A DNA stretch of 35,254 nt from an uncultured Caulobacter sp. (GTDB lineage Bacteria; Pseudomonadota; Alphaproteobacteria; Caulobacterales; Caulobacteraceae), in assembly GCA_964658605.1 (NCBI GenBank), contig CAZZZR010000002.1, positions 1-35,254 on the forward strand. Reading direction: 5' to 3'. Positions 7,953 to 16,387 of the stretch are shown here, piece by piece (positions within the stretch are counted from its first letter, which is position 1; every line of letters begins with the position of its first letter). The notes under the pieces were generated by a model. It did no database searches, was not told the DNA's origin, and saw only the letters and a program-made list of their open reading frames with translations. The position numbers and the translations under genes are program-made.

Positions 7953-8179
7953 TCGAAAATCAACTCTGCGCCAGGAAGGCGCGGCCCGATGTTCCGTCCC
8001 AGAATCATCGCTGTCGGCTTCTCGCCTACGAGTTTCGGCCCTCCTGGCGGGTGATCACGGACCCAGCCGGCCATCTCTTGCGCCCGCGTGAAAGCGCTCC
8101 CGAGATCGTGGTCGCCTTCCAGATCCGGCAGGACCGCGAGGATGCCGTCGGCCTGCCGCCCCACCCGGTAGCCGCTCAT
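7949..8179 (-). CDS. Hypothetical protein (76 aa)
   Basis: ATGA overlaps at both ends. Protein-like composition. Confidence 0.6.
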   Translation of the reverse strand: MSGYRVGRQADGILAVLPDLEGDHDLGSAFTRAQEMAGWVRDHPPGGPKLVGEKPTAMILGRNIGPRLPGAELIFD

Positions 8180-8445
8180 GGCCCCTCCGTGCGGTTGATG
8201 GCGCTGCGGTGCTGCTGGAGGGCCACCTCGGCCTCGCCCCAGCGCTGCAAGAGGGCCACGTAGGCGTCCTCGAGGGGGTCCGGCACCACCTCCCGCGCGA
8301 TCGGCCGGTCGTAGGCGTCCAACTGCTCGGCGATCACCAGGCGGAAGAGACCGCCACGGACGGCCAGCTCGTACACCCGTCCCTGGATCTCCACCTCGGC
8401 CACCTTACGGGGCGGCTCCTCCTTCTGCACGTCGGGGGCGATCAC
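8176..8445 (-). CDS. Hypothetical protein (89 aa)
   Basis: GTG start in a GTGA overlap. Protein-like composition. Confidence 0.65.
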   Translation of the reverse strand: MIAPDVQKEEPPRKVAEVEIQGRVYELAVRGGLFRLVIAEQLDAYDRPIAREVVPDPLEDAYVALLQRWGEAEVALQQHRSAINRTEGP

Positions 8446-8831
8446 TTCGGCCCCTTCGCCAGCTCGACCTTAAGGTTTATGTGCCATTGCTCCCAGAGCC
8501 CCTTAAAACCGTTGTCGATTGCCTTCACGAGTCCTTCGGCCGCAACCCGCAGCCCGGGGTAGGCGTTGTAGCGGTCTTTCGCTGCCGCATAGATCGCAAA
8601 GTGTTCCTCGCGGGTCCTTGGCCGGAAATCGCCCTCCGAATAGAGGTGGCAGTTGAAGTTCCCGCCGCAGTCCACCGCCGGGCCGTACGAGATCCGCTCG
8701 GGCAAGCGCACCGGCTCCGGAGCGAACTCCAGGCCGGCGCGCTTGGCGAGCTCGACGGCCGCGTCTTCACCGTTGCAGGCGACCTCCAAATGGAAGGCAC
8801 GTCGGTACTCTGTTTCCGTCATCATCTTCAC
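8442..8831 (-). CDS. Hypothetical protein (about 127-129 aa)
   Basis: GTG 8831 overlaps the upstream TGA. ATG 8825 lies 5 nt after GGAGGAG and may be the true start. Confidence 0.7.
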   Translation of the reverse strand: MKMMTETEYRRAFHLEVACNGEDAAVELAKRAGLEFAPEPVRLPERISYGPAVDCGGNFNCHLYSEGDFRPRTREEHFAIYAAAKDRYNAYPGLRVAAEGLVKAIDNGFKGLWEQWHINLKVELAKGPK

Positions 8832-9910
8832 TCCTCCTCGCCCGGCTCCCGCTCGCGCATGCTCGCCAGGCCGTCAAGGTTCTTCGTGAGGGTCGCCAGC
8901 CCGATCTTGAGCTGGTCGACCGGCATTCCCTTCAGCTCCTCCCAGACGCTCGTCCCGAACGCCTCCAGCCGGGCGCCAGAGCGCAACGCGGCCACCTCCT
9001 CGGTGATCCCCTGCGGCCCGCGGGGGAAGTGCCGCCCCAAGACGGAGGTGATCTCCTTCAGGAGGCCCGCGGCCTCGGGGGACTCGGCGGCCCGAGCGAC
9101 CGGTGGCGGCGAAGTGGGCGGCTGCAGGCGGCCGGCGGGGGGCGGCGGCTCTCCCCCAGTGGCCCACTGCGCGAGCTGCGCGCCGAGGTCCTCGTCGAGA
9201 GTGGCGCCGGCACGGAGCATCTGCCGGAACTGCATAGGCACCTTGACCATGGCGCGCTCGCCGATCTCCCCGGGCTGAAGAGACGGCACCCCGTTCGACC
9301 CCGGGGGGAGGAAGAGGTTGAGCGTCATCTCGTAGGCGAACTCGTCGCCGACGATCGGCTGGAAGCCAAGGAACTCCGGCTCCTTCCCCTTCACCGGCTT
9401 GAGCTTCTCCTTCGCCCGGAGGCAGAAGACGAAGTTGCAGTTCACCGAGAGAATGTAATTGATCAACCGCCGGCTCTCCGCCTTCGGCTTGATCCACCCG
9501 GTTATCTTCACCCGCTCGCGCTTCGCGAAGTCCTGCCCGGCCATGCGCTCGACCTCGGCCTCGTGCATCTCCAGGATGCCCCCCGCGCCCTCCCAGACGT
9601 GCGAGAACGAGTCGATGATGATCTGCCCCGCGCCGCCCTTCACGCAGTGGGCGATGGCCGCCATGTAGTCGCCGGGGGCGAACGGCGCCACGAAGGGGAC
9701 GTGGCGAAACTTGAAGACGTCGGCGTAGTGGAGCGCCCGATTGCTCTCGGTGTCGATCCAGAAAGTCGGCTTCTTCGTGACGCGCTCCATCCCCGCCGTC
9801 AGCCGGCCGGCGGTGAAGCTCTTCCCGCTGCCGCTGGGGCCGAAGAGCCCCGTCAGGGTGGGGACCTGCCGGCGGACGGCGACGAAGTCCTCAAAGGTGC
9901 GGCCGGCCAT
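8828..9910 (-). CDS. AAA_24 / Sak4-like RecA-fold ATPase (recombination or replication accessory)
   Basis: Walker A GPSGSGKS near the N-terminus. Hydrophobic strand plus Asp (IIIDSFSHVWE) as Walker B. Overall layout is typical of phage AAA_24 proteins. Pro/Ala-rich linker plus extra C-terminal domain. GGAGGG SD. Confidence 0.85.
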   Translation of the reverse strand: MAGRTFEDFVAVRRQVPTLTGLFGPSGSGKSFTAGRLTAGMERVTKKPTFWIDTESNRALHYADVFKFRHVPFVAPFAPGDYMAAIAHCVKGGAGQIIIDSFSHVWEGAGGILEMHEAEVERMAGQDFAKRERVKITGWIKPKAESRRLINYILSVNCNFVFCLRAKEKLKPVKGKEPEFLGFQPIVGDEFAYEMTLNLFLPPGSNGVPSLQPGEIGERAMVKVPMQFRQMLRAGATLDEDLGAQLAQWATGGEPPPPAGRLQPPTSPPPVARAAESPEAAGLLKEITSVLGRHFPRGPQGITEEVAALRSGARLEAFGTSVWEELKGMPVDQLKIGLATLTKNLDGLASMREREPGEEE

Positions 9911-9913
9911 CTC

Positions 9914-10225
9914 TCAGCCCTCCGCCTTGAGGCCGATCAGGCCCGCGGCGAAGGTCCACAGGGCTTCGGCGCCGCCATCGGATGGCGCGCTCGACTCCCA
10001 GGCGGCCAGTCTCCCCGCGGAGGCGTCCAGTTGATCCAGCCGCGCCGCCTCCGCGATCAGCGCCTGCCGGATCTCGGTCTGCGCGTAGACCCGGCCGGCT
10101 TCGAAGTCGCGGCCCTCCAAAAGTTTCTCGATCGCTTCTGCCGCCACAAGGATGGCAAGATGCCCGCGATCGCTGAAAAAGTGCTCGGCGATCGCCAGCG
10201 CAACGTCGGGCCGATCAGTCGCCAT
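9914..10225 (-). CDS. Hypothetical protein (103 aa)
   Basis: Internal ATG with a GGAGG SD 7 nt upstream. The sequence upstream of it in the listed ORF is Arg/Ser-rich junk. Confidence 0.65.
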   Translation of the reverse strand: MATDRPDVALAIAEHFFSDRGHLAILVAAEAIEKLLEGRDFEAGRVYAQTEIRQALIAEAARLDQLDASAGRLAAWESSAPSDGGAEALWTFAAGLIGLKAEG

Positions 10226-10502
10226 CGGAGACCTCCACGCCCGCAGACGCCAGGGCCGCGTCGAGCTTAGACAGCAAAGCTTCCTGGTGACAAGGGTAGC
10301 CTGTGAGCGCGAAGATGATCTCGAAATAGATTTGGTTCCGCGCATCCAGGCACGCGAGCGCCAGCGCGGGCGCGGCGGCGGCCAGCCTCATTCCCTCTTC
10401 GTCGTCCAACTCAGGCGCGTAGATGAACGGCCCACCACTCCCGTTGGCGCCCCCGTCCTCGCCCGTGTGCCACTCCAACCGCTCCAGCTCTTCACGCTTC
10501 AT
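10215..10502 (-). CDS. Hypothetical acidic protein (95 aa)
   Basis: Its ATG overlaps the end of the exonuclease gene. Acidic N-terminus. Confidence 0.65.
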   Translation of the reverse strand: MKREELERLEWHTGEDGGANGSGGPFIYAPELDDEEGMRLAAAAPALALACLDARNQIYFEIIFALTGYPCHQEALLSKLDAALASAGVEVSDGD

Positions 10503-11472
10503 GCTCCCCTCCTTCGGCCTCGTCCTCGGCCCGTCGCTGCATTTCCCGCTCGAACGCCCACGGCTCGACCTCGGCCACAGTCGCCCTCGGCCCCGGCCAC
10601 ACGCCAGAGCCCAGGCACCGCGACCACATCGCCAACGCGCGGTTCAACCTGTCGTCGCCGAGCTGCCGCATCCCCCGGCCAACCGGAATCGCCAGGACCG
10701 CGTACGGCGGCTCGATCTCGACCCGCAGGAAGACGAACTGCGTCCGCCCGGCGAGCTCGGGGTGGACCGCCTCGAAGCCCCGCAGGTACATGGCCGCCTG
10801 CATCGCGTGACTCGACCGCTCGCTGTTCATCTCGCGGATGAACGGTTCGGCTACGGCGTACCCTTTCGTCACGATTTTTAGGTCAGCGAGCAAGCCGACG
10901 GAAACAAGTGAGAGGTCGAGACGTGCGCGACAGCGGACTAGATCTCCGGACACCATCTCGACGCCGGCCTGGGCATTCCAGACTCGTTCCCTGGAATCCT
11001 CCTCCCACCACAGGCAGGTCACTTCCTTGGCGAGGTCGCGCCAGGCCAGCCCCAACGTCTCGCCCACGAGGTCTGCCAAGATAGCCAGGATCTCGTCCTG
11101 AAGCCTCGAAGTGATCCGCCTGACGTGGTCGTACTCTGGGCGGCAGATCGGCACCAGACCCGCCGCCAGCGCCGCGTCTCGCTTCTCCTGCGCGGCCTTG
11201 GTGCGGAAATCACCAGCTTCGACGATCGCCAGCGACTCCTCGCCACCAAGCAGCAGCGCGTGGACGAGCGAGCCTGTGTCCATCGCCTTTGTGGTCCGGC
11301 GCCGCTTCTCGCCGGGGATCCGCGGGTGCTCTGCCGCAGCGTGCTTCGGCGAAACGGTCAGGAGCGTGTGCAGGCAGCTCCTGGAGGCAGTTGGCACTTC
11401 GCCGAACGAATCGGCGTGATAATCGGCCGCCGGGACGTTGTGCAGCAGCGAGGCTTTGTCGGGCCAGTTCAT
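10492..11472 (-). CDS. PD-(D/E)XK (RecB/Cas4/YqaJ-like) exonuclease
   Basis: Motif order matches this superfamily: GSLVHALLLG, then RARLDL, then LLADLKIVTK (D...D/E-x-K), then QAAMYLRG (Q-x-x-x-Y). Confidence 0.8.
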   Translation of the reverse strand: MNWPDKASLLHNVPAADYHADSFGEVPTASRSCLHTLLTVSPKHAAAEHPRIPGEKRRRTTKAMDTGSLVHALLLGGEESLAIVEAGDFRTKAAQEKRDAALAAGLVPICRPEYDHVRRITSRLQDEILAILADLVGETLGLAWRDLAKEVTCLWWEEDSRERVWNAQAGVEMVSGDLVRCRARLDLSLVSVGLLADLKIVTKGYAVAEPFIREMNSERSSHAMQAAMYLRGFEAVHPELAGRTQFVFLRVEIEPPYAVLAIPVGRGMRQLGDDRLNRALAMWSRCLGSGVWPGPRATVAEVEPWAFEREMQRRAEDEAEGGEHEA

Positions 11473-11636
11473 CGCGAAGCTCCCTCTTCTCTGACGAGAG
11501 CATTCCTGAGTCGGTTTACCAGTGTTTGCACAAAATCTAGATCTTTTCTCGCGCCAGGATTCCGGTTTCCGATCTGGATCAACTCGCCCTTTATGACCGC
11601 CTCCAGTTGATCAGAATTCATGTCCTTGCTCAGCAT
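11469..11636 (-). CDS. Unlisted 55-aa ORF (MLSKDMNSDQLEAVIKGELIQIGNRNPGARKDLDFVQTLVNRLRNALVREEGASR)
   Basis: Hand translation. Its stop overlaps the exonuclease ATG (ATGA). AT-richer than its surroundings with only moderate GC3. Confidence 0.4.
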   Translation of the reverse strand: MLSKDMNSDQLEAVIKGELIQIGNRNPGARKDLDFVQTLVNRLRNALVREEGASR

Positions 11637-11908
11637 CCCTTCGCCTCCCGCAAAACGCGAAGCACCGCCAGCGCCTCGCCGATTGTCCGATAGCCCAGCG
11701 CCTCGACCTCGCGCTGTAGCTGCTTCGTCTCGCGCACCATCTGGTCAACGACGTGGCGGTCGGGCAAGTTCATGCGCTTGCCCACCGCCTTGAGATAATT
11801 GCGCGTCTCCAGGGAGAGGACCAGCTTGACCTGCGGAGCCTCCCGCTTGCGCTCCTCGGACCTCTGCCGCGAGGGCGCGGCCATCTTCGCGGTCGGCTTG
11901 CCGTTCAT
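11630..11908 (-). CDS. Small ribbon-helix-helix-like protein
   Basis: ATGA overlap with the upstream gene. VKLVLSLETRNYLKAVGKRMNLPDRHVVDQMV resembles a beta-strand plus two-helix RHH pattern (inference). Confidence 0.55.
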   Translation of the reverse strand: MNGKPTAKMAAPSRQRSEERKREAPQVKLVLSLETRNYLKAVGKRMNLPDRHVVDQMVRETKQLQREVEALGYRTIGEALAVLRVLREAKGC

Positions 11909-12135
11909 CGCGCCGGCCTCCCCTCGAATTTCTCGCAGGTCTCGGCCGTCTTGATCTTGGAGGCGAAATCGGACTCGTCTAAGATGTCGAAGCCGCTCCA
12001 AATGTTCTTCATGCAGCCGAAGGAAAGGTCAGAGCCAGGAGTCCAACTAGAGTATCCCGGCGATCCGGGACTGAAGTTGAAATACCTGCACTCGTAACAG
12101 AACTTCGGGGCCTCTACCGGCTCGCTTGCCGCCAT
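11905..12135 (-). CDS. Small Cys-rich (CYEC...C...C) protein
   Basis: Strong AGGAGG SD 9 nt upstream of the ATG. 76 aa. Confidence 0.65.
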   Translation of the reverse strand: MAASEPVEAPKFCYECRYFNFSPGSPGYSSWTPGSDLSFGCMKNIWSGFDILDESDFASKIKTAETCEKFEGRPAR

Positions 12136-12170
12136 TGGTTTATCCTCCTGACCGCAAGCCTACGCCCGGC

Positions 12171-12539
12171 CTACGCGGAAGTCAAGCGCTTTTGGCGGAT
12201 CTCGCGAAGGTTGTCGGTCGCTTCGCTAGGGCCGAGCTTGAGCGATTTACCGTAGAACTCGGCGGACTCGTGGCAGGCGTCGCAAACGACGAAGAGGCGA
12301 TCTGGCCGCTTGCCGTCCAGCGTGTCGCGATCGTAAGCGGAGTGGTGGACCTGCAAGCAGCCGGCCTTGCCGCATGCCCAGCAGATTGCGGCCTCTTCGC
12401 GGATCTTTGCGAGACGGATGCCGCGCCAGAGGTCCGATTGCAAATAGGCGTCGTAGTCGTGGTACCCCATCGCCCGCAAAACGTTGAGGCGCTGCCGATA
12501 ACTGCGCAGCGCCTCGGAGGACATGCGGGGCTTGGGCAT
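12171..12539 (-). CDS. HNH-like zinc-finger protein
   Basis: CWACG...LQVHH..Y......L..VCDACH pattern (CxxC...HH...CxxCH) is typical of small HNH-fold phage proteins. Alternative ATG at 12524. Confidence 0.6.
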   Translation of the reverse strand: MPKPRMSSEALRSYRQRLNVLRAMGYHDYDAYLQSDLWRGIRLAKIREEAAICWACGKAGCLQVHHSAYDRDTLDGKRPDRLFVVCDACHESAEFYGKSLKLGPSEATDNLREIRQKRLTSA

Positions 12540-12540
12540 G

Positions 12541-12807
12541 CTACCCCGCGAAGAAGTTGGGTAGTTTGCCCTTCTCGTCTGCGGTAAGCTTTGGCAGCTC
12601 CGCCAGCGGCTCGGGGGCTCCGCCTGACCCTGCGGGGTGCCGTCCGCGACCGAACCACTCTTCCCGCCGCTTCGTCGCGATCGCGTAGGCACCGAGACAG
12701 CCGACGATGAACTGAGCCAGCAGGAAGTCGGGCGTCTCGGCGAAGTTGTCCTCGCTGTACTTGTTGATCAGGGCGGACAGCTCGGTCTCGAAAGTTTGCG
12801 CTGCCAT
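12541..12807 (-). CDS. Hypothetical protein (88 aa)
   Basis: AAGGAG SD 7 nt upstream. The rest of listed ORF 12541-13281 is junk. Confidence 0.65.
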   Translation of the reverse strand: MAAQTFETELSALINKYSEDNFAETPDFLLAQFIVGCLGAYAIATKRREEWFGRGRHPAGSGGAPEPLAELPKLTADEKGKLPNFFAG

Positions 12808-12809
12808 CG

Positions 12810-13124
12810 CTACTCCTTCGGCCCCGCGATCGGGATGCCGCCGTCCGGAGTGGTCTGCGATGCGGGCGGCTTCGGTCCCATCCCGTCGAGCTTCTCGCGG
12901 ACCTTGCCTTTCAGGTAGACCATGAAGAGCGGGACCGCTCCCCGGTTGCCGTCGCTCTCGAGGTACTTCTGAAACTCCTCCTCGAGCTGCGCCTTGCTCT
13001 TGAGCCCCAGCAAGTAGCCCAGCTCTCCCGCGTCGGCGACGTCGGCGGGAGTGCCCAGCTCCAAGGTGAAGCCTCGCGGCTCTGCGGCCTTGCGGGGCGG
13101 CTTCGGCGTGGTGGTGTCGGCCAT
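12810..13124 (-). CDS. Hypothetical protein (104 aa)
   Basis: AAGGAGAGG SD upstream of the ATG. Protein-like composition. Confidence 0.65.
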   Translation of the reverse strand: MADTTTPKPPRKAAEPRGFTLELGTPADVADAGELGYLLGLKSKAQLEEEFQKYLESDGNRGAVPLFMVYLKGKVREKLDGMGPKPPASQTTPDGGIPIAGPKE

Positions 13125-13135
13125 CGTCCTCTCCT

Positions 13136-13417
13136 TTATAGAATCCCCAGCGCGACCAAATACGCGCGGGCTTGGTCTTCGGTGAAGTCGAGCTTGCCCC
13201 GTTCCATCTCGGAAAGGGTGCTCTTGGGAATGTCCAGCTCGCGGGCCATCCGTCGCAGGGACTCCGGACCCCACGCCGCAATGCGCTCCGCCCGCATCAC
13301 CCGCCCCGCGAAGAATTTCTCGGTGCACTCGCCGCACGTCTTGCACCGCCGCGTGGCGATGTAGTCGGCAAGGATGTGCGGGCCTCGGTAGCCGGCGGGA
13401 ATCGCGGTGACGCTCAA
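13136..13417 (-). CDS. XRE-family helix-turn-helix protein with N-terminal CxxCxxC segment
   Basis: LRRMARELDIPKSTLSEMERGK fits the HTH_XRE pattern. TTG start in a TTGA overlap. The internal Met41 is an alternative start. Confidence 0.65.
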   Translation of the reverse strand: MSVTAIPAGYRGPHILADYIATRRCKTCGECTEKFFAGRVMRAERIAAWGPESLRRMARELDIPKSTLSEMERGKLDFTEDQARAYLVALGIL

Positions 13418-13644
13418 GGGTAGACCCTCGCGTGCTTCACCGAGAACCCCGCCGGCAACTCGCCCAGCTTCTGGTCTAGTGCCGCAAGCGCGGTCTCAAT
13501 CGTCTCCCCGTGCCCTTCGTATTCCTGGCGCGGGTAACCCTCTTCGTTGCTCAGCTCTGCGTCGAAACCGTCCACGACGTAGAGCAGTTTCAGCCGCTGG
13601 TGAAGCCCGAGCTGTTTGTCGAGGTTGGGGTACTTTGTCGCCAT
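13414..13644 (-). CDS. Small protein with HicB/UPF0150-like signature (low-confidence fold call)
   Basis: GGAGG SD. YVVDGFDAELS....GHGETIETALAAL resembles the G-x-G-x-T-x-E-E-A-L motif of HicB-type domains. Judged by eye only. Confidence 0.6.
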   Translation of the reverse strand: MATKYPNLDKQLGLHQRLKLLYVVDGFDAELSNEEGYPRQEYEGHGETIETALAALDQKLGELPAGFSVKHARVYP

Positions 13645-13678
13645 GATGCCTCCAGCATACGGGAAAAACCGGACAGGT

Positions 13679-13870
13679 TCAAGCGGGCGGACCGATGCCG
13701 AGCGCTTCCGCTACGTCGCGAACGTCGCCGAGCACGATCACCAGAAAGCCGGTGATCTTCGAATAGAGGACGCTGCACCCTGGCAGGCCGCTCGGGGTGA
13801 CGTGAGAGATGAACTCTGGATCTACGAGGACGTCAAGCCCTCGGTCGCTCTTCAGGTAGACTTTTTTCAT
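13679..13870 (-). CDS. Hypothetical small protein (63 aa)
   Basis: AAGGAG SD. AT-richer N-terminal codons. Confidence 0.55.
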   Translation of the reverse strand: MKKVYLKSDRGLDVLVDPEFISHVTPSGLPGCSVLYSKITGFLVIVLGDVRDVAEALGIGPPA

Positions 13871-13876
13871 TTCGCA

Positions 13877-14401
13877 CTACTCCTTTCTCGCCTTCTTCCA
13901 TCGCACTTTGCTCGCCTTGCTGGTCGCCTCGCTGCGCTCTTGCGGGGTACGGGACGCAGCGAGGGCCTTGCCGCCGGCGCTGTGCATCCAGGCCGGCATT
14001 CCGGCCCGGGCGTGGACCTTCCGCAGCTCGTCGGGGTCGTATTGGTCGGTGCGATGCTGGCCGACGCTGAGGGCCAGGGCGAAGCTGTTGAGTGCCCACG
14101 AAGCGATCACGCCAGCGTGCTCGTACGTGCTTGGGATCGGCACGGTGCCAGCTTCCAGTCCAGCAGCCTGCGCCCGCGCCATAGTGATGACGAGCGCCTC
14201 GCAGTCGGCGAAGCCCTGGAGAACGGCGGCGTCCCGGTCGGGAAGCGCGGACAATGGGCCGTAACCGCACCGATCCTGCTCAGCGGTGCAGCCGTGGAGC
14301 TCGCAGGAACCGCAGAGCGCAGGTACCAGTTCTCCTCCTGTGCGCCGACCGGCCAGTGGCGAGGCATCGCATCCTGGACAGGAGCAGATCGGAATGCTCA
14401 T
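13877..14401 (-). CDS. Hypothetical Cys-rich protein with basic C-terminus (174 aa)
   Basis: ATGA overlap with the upstream gene. CSCPGC...CGSC...C cluster at the N-terminus. Confidence 0.65.
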   Translation of the reverse strand: MSIPICSCPGCDASPLAGRRTGGELVPALCGSCELHGCTAEQDRCGYGPLSALPDRDAAVLQGFADCEALVITMARAQAAGLEAGTVPIPSTYEHAGVIASWALNSFALALSVGQHRTDQYDPDELRKVHARAGMPAWMHSAGGKALAASRTPQERSEATSKASKVRWKKARKE

Positions 14402-14904
14402 CGTCCCGCTCCCGGTTCCGCCGTCGCCAAATCTTGGCAAACCCGCCACGCCTGACCGCACAAGCTTTCATCTTCCGCCGGTTCGTCGGTCGGCGCGGGC
14501 GCAAACGAGCACGCCATGTAGTAGCCCGCCGCCGGGTTGGTGAAAATGGGGTCGTTGGTCGGCCGGTCGTCTTCGACCCAGGCGCAGGCGTGGGCATCCT
14601 CCGGCGACTTACCCGTGACTTTGAACCGGCAGAGCGACCAAGCGGCGTCGCAGGCGCGGACGGCTTGGCGCTCGGCTGCTCGGACGACTTTCCCTCGAGC
14701 TCCGATCTGCGCTAGGTTCGTGCCTACCAGAACCAGCAGGGAGGCCGCCAGGGCGCCCCGAAGGCTCCTGCGCAGCCGGCGGTCGTACCGTGCTGACTCC
14801 TCGGCCTCTTGCTCGGCGCGCAGCCGCATCTCGCGTTCCGCGTCGATCGTCCCTTCCATCGCCTCGCGATCGGCGGCCCAGTCTTCGTAGCCGTAGGTGC
14901 TCAT
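14398..14904 (-). CDS. Membrane-anchored protein with Cys-rich extracytoplasmic domain
   Basis: ATGA overlaps at both ends. Charged coiled N-terminus, TM segment ALAASLLVLVGTNLAQI, then a domain with 7 Cys (hand count). Confidence 0.7.
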   Translation of the reverse strand: MSTYGYEDWAADREAMEGTIDAEREMRLRAEQEAEESARYDRRLRRSLRGALAASLLVLVGTNLAQIGARGKVVRAAERQAVRACDAAWSLCRFKVTGKSPEDAHACAWVEDDRPTNDPIFTNPAAGYYMACSFAPAPTDEPAEDESLCGQAWRVCQDLATAEPGAGR

Positions 14905-15224
14905 GGTTTGATCTCCTTGGAGAAAGTGTTCGACCAGGGGAAGGCGGTGTCTGGTGACTTGCGCTGGATGCGATATTCGCGCATCCCATCCGGAACCCCG
15001 AACCGCAACCGCGGGTTCTCCATCTCCCAGATGCCGTAGGGCTGGGCGGCGATGCGCCAACGTATTTGACTCTCGATGGCGTCCGCCAAGGCTAAGCGGC
15101 GCTCTTTATTGAGCCACGTGTGACGGCCCTTCTGCCAACTCTGCTCCTCGTGAAGCTCAATCATGCTGAGCCCGCCGAAACCCTGCTCGGCCCTCGTGCG
15201 CTCGCGGCGCTGTGAAAGCGTCAC
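14901..15224 (-). CDS. Hypothetical protein (107 aa)
   Basis: GTG start with GAGG 8 nt upstream, 5 nt after the preceding stop. ATG 15164 is an alternative. Confidence 0.6.
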   Translation of the reverse strand: MTLSQRRERTRAEQGFGGLSMIELHEEQSWQKGRHTWLNKERRLALADAIESQIRWRIAAQPYGIWEMENPRLRFGVPDGMREYRIQRKSPDTAFPWSNTFSKEIKP

Positions 15225-15228
15225 GGCG

Positions 15229-15426
15229 TCACCTCGTTTCCGTGTCGTCGAGTTGGTTGAAATGCGTGCCGTTGAAGACTGCGACCTCTTCCGGGGCGCG
15301 CTTGAGAAGTAGTGGGTGTAACTCGCGAGCCCTACGGTAGGCAGCGAACTCGCCAACCGCCAAGACGTGTTCGGTTAGGATCGTTCCGTCTTCCGCAGCC
15401 CAAACTACCGTGTATTCGTTGTCCAT
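15229..15426 (-). CDS. Hypothetical small protein (65 aa)
   Basis: AAGGAG SD 7 nt upstream. The remainder of listed ORF 15229-15783 is junk. Confidence 0.65.
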   Translation of the reverse strand: MDNEYTVVWAAEDGTILTEHVLAVGEFAAYRRARELHPLLLKRAPEEVAVFNGTHFNQLDDTETR

Positions 15427-15506
15427 TTTTGTCTCCTTACCGAGCAGAAGCGCTCGAAACGGAGCCGGAAAGTTCCCTCCGGCCCTGCCTCCAGCTCTCC
15501 AGCTCG

Positions 15507-15929
15507 TCAGAGTTGAATCCGGCGCGGTTCGCCACCTCCCGACATGTCGAAACCGTTCTGAGCAGCTTGCTTTGCCCACTGGTCGTACTCGTCGGGGCGG
15601 AACTCCAGCCAGTGGACGCGCACCCAATCCTGGCCGTTGGCATCCCGGGAGAGTTGCAGGCGGTACCCCAGGCCCTTGAGCGCCCGATAGACGACGGGCT
15701 CGGGCTGTTTGATGTCGAGCCACATGATGCCGGCCAGGGCGGTATACTTGATCGCGTCCACGATCCCAGAGATAACACCGCACTGCTCGGGCGTGATCTC
15801 CCCCTCGTTCATCACGCCGAAATCCCTGCGGTGCCAGCGGGCCAGTTTGTACGCGTCTTCGGCGGTCGTGAGCCTGGAAAGGTCGGGCTTAAGGCGAAAT
15901 TGCACGGTGCTGCGGTCGCTGTCGGACAT
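15507..15929 (-). CDS. Hypothetical early protein (140 aa)
   Basis: GGGAGAA SD. Protein-like composition. Second gene of the leftward operon. Confidence 0.7.
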   Translation of the reverse strand: MSDSDRSTVQFRLKPDLSRLTTAEDAYKLARWHRRDFGVMNEGEITPEQCGVISGIVDAIKYTALAGIMWLDIKQPEPVVYRALKGLGYRLQLSRDANGQDWVRVHWLEFRPDEYDQWAKQAAQNGFDMSGGGEPRRIQL

Positions 15930-16003
15930 GTAGGTTCTCCCGTAAGTCGAGCATGAGCGCTCGCGGCGAAGTCGGGCAAGGCGCCCGACCCTACCGTGAA
16001 AGC

Positions 16004-16300
16004 TCAGACCTGGCTGGCGGGCTGGAAGCTCCAGCCGGTGAGGCCGTGCGCTTCGTACTCGGCGATCACCTCGGCCGCGTGGTGCTCGCATTGCGGCGAG
16101 ATCCGCCGGCCTTCCGACATGAGGTAGCCGGTCGCGCGGTGCTCGGTGCGGTAGCCCTGGTTGTCGATGCAGTTGCCGGAGACGGCGGGCGCCGGCTCGT
16201 CCAAGTGCGTCCTTCCATCCAGGCCTTGCAGAAGAGCGGCGGCCGGGTTGAGCGTCGCGAAGTCGGCGGATTCGATGTCCTGGTGCGTTTCGTGATTCAT
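16004..16300 (-). CDS. First gene of the leftward early operon; His/acidic-rich 98-aa protein
   Basis: Strong GGGAGGAA SD immediately upstream of the ATG. Confidence 0.65.
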   Translation of the reverse strand: MNHETHQDIESADFATLNPAAALLQGLDGRTHLDEPAPAVSGNCIDNQGYRTEHRATGYLMSEGRRISPQCEHHAAEVIAEYEAHGLTGWSFQPASQV

Positions 16301-16350
16301 GTCGTTCCTCCCGGTTCGGCCCGGGCTTCACTGCCCTCGACCGTGAAACC

Positions 16351-16379
16351 ATCATAGGCGCACCTGCGCGCATTGTCCA
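16351..16379 (-). promoter_or_regulatory. Leftward early promoter candidate: TGGACA-N17-TATGAT
   Basis: Read on the minus strand. -35 is at 16379-16374 (5/6 match to TTGACA), spacer is 17 nt, -10 is at 16356-16351 (TATGAT). It lies about 50 nt upstream of the first early gene. Confidence 0.5.
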
Positions 16380-16387
16380 GTGGTTTT

